NCBI RefSeq assembly: GCF_902713615.1 | Contig: NC_052172.1 | Coordinates: forward strand, 18,013,327-18,077,326 | Source of the DNA: Scyliorhinus canicula | Taxonomy: Eukaryota | DNA length: 64,000 nucleotides | Direction: 5' to 3' | Position numbers and translations under genes: made by a program | In this document: positions 63,987 to 64,000 of the stretch, one piece after another | Position numbering within the stretch: position 1 is the first letter of the stretch | How the letters are laid out: each line of letters begins with the position of its first letter | The notes under the pieces: model-generated | What the model was told of the DNA's origin: nothing | Seen by the model: the letters and a program-made list of their open reading frames with translations, nothing else | The model's database searches: none

Positions 63987-64000
63987 GTAACGATTGAATC

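Overview
Eukaryotic (vertebrate) genomic DNA, very probably from an elasmobranch (shark), judged by the dense HE1/V-SINE-like, Deu-SINE-like, CR1 and Penelope-derived repeats. Three spliced genes can be assembled by hand with GT-AG boundaries and consistent phases. (1) The 5' part of CCDC61 (minus strand; four coding exons at 8391-8244, 7391-7309, 3519-3359 and 376-224; the gene continues beyond the left edge), with a CpG-rich promoter carrying RFX X-box-like motifs near 10.1-10.5 kb. (2) A two-exon delta-type connexin (GJD2/Cx35-36 family, probably the gjd1/Cx34.7-type paralogue; minus strand; 28062-27992 + 23513-22661; 307 aa). (3) A six-exon IkappaB gene (NFKBIA-like; plus strand; 44549-58167; 323 aa), preceded by a 1.7-kb G-rich minisatellite and carrying kappaB/AP-1/IRF motif clusters in its promoter and intron 1. 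Most of the rest is nested transposon debris: several SINE families with swapped tails, CR1-type LINE fragments, a fragmented Ty3/Gypsy pol, solo LTRs and Harbinger-like MITEs. The most unusual items are a U2-snRNA-headed, poly(A)-tailed retro-insertion with a 15-bp TSD (31420-31629; candidate snRNA-headed SINE or U2/Keno chimera), hairpin-shaped Penelope-derived elements with hammerhead-ribozyme cores, and a 122-bp templated inverted duplication. Almost all ORFs in the supplied track are spurious repeat-derived frames. All calls were made by eye without database searches.
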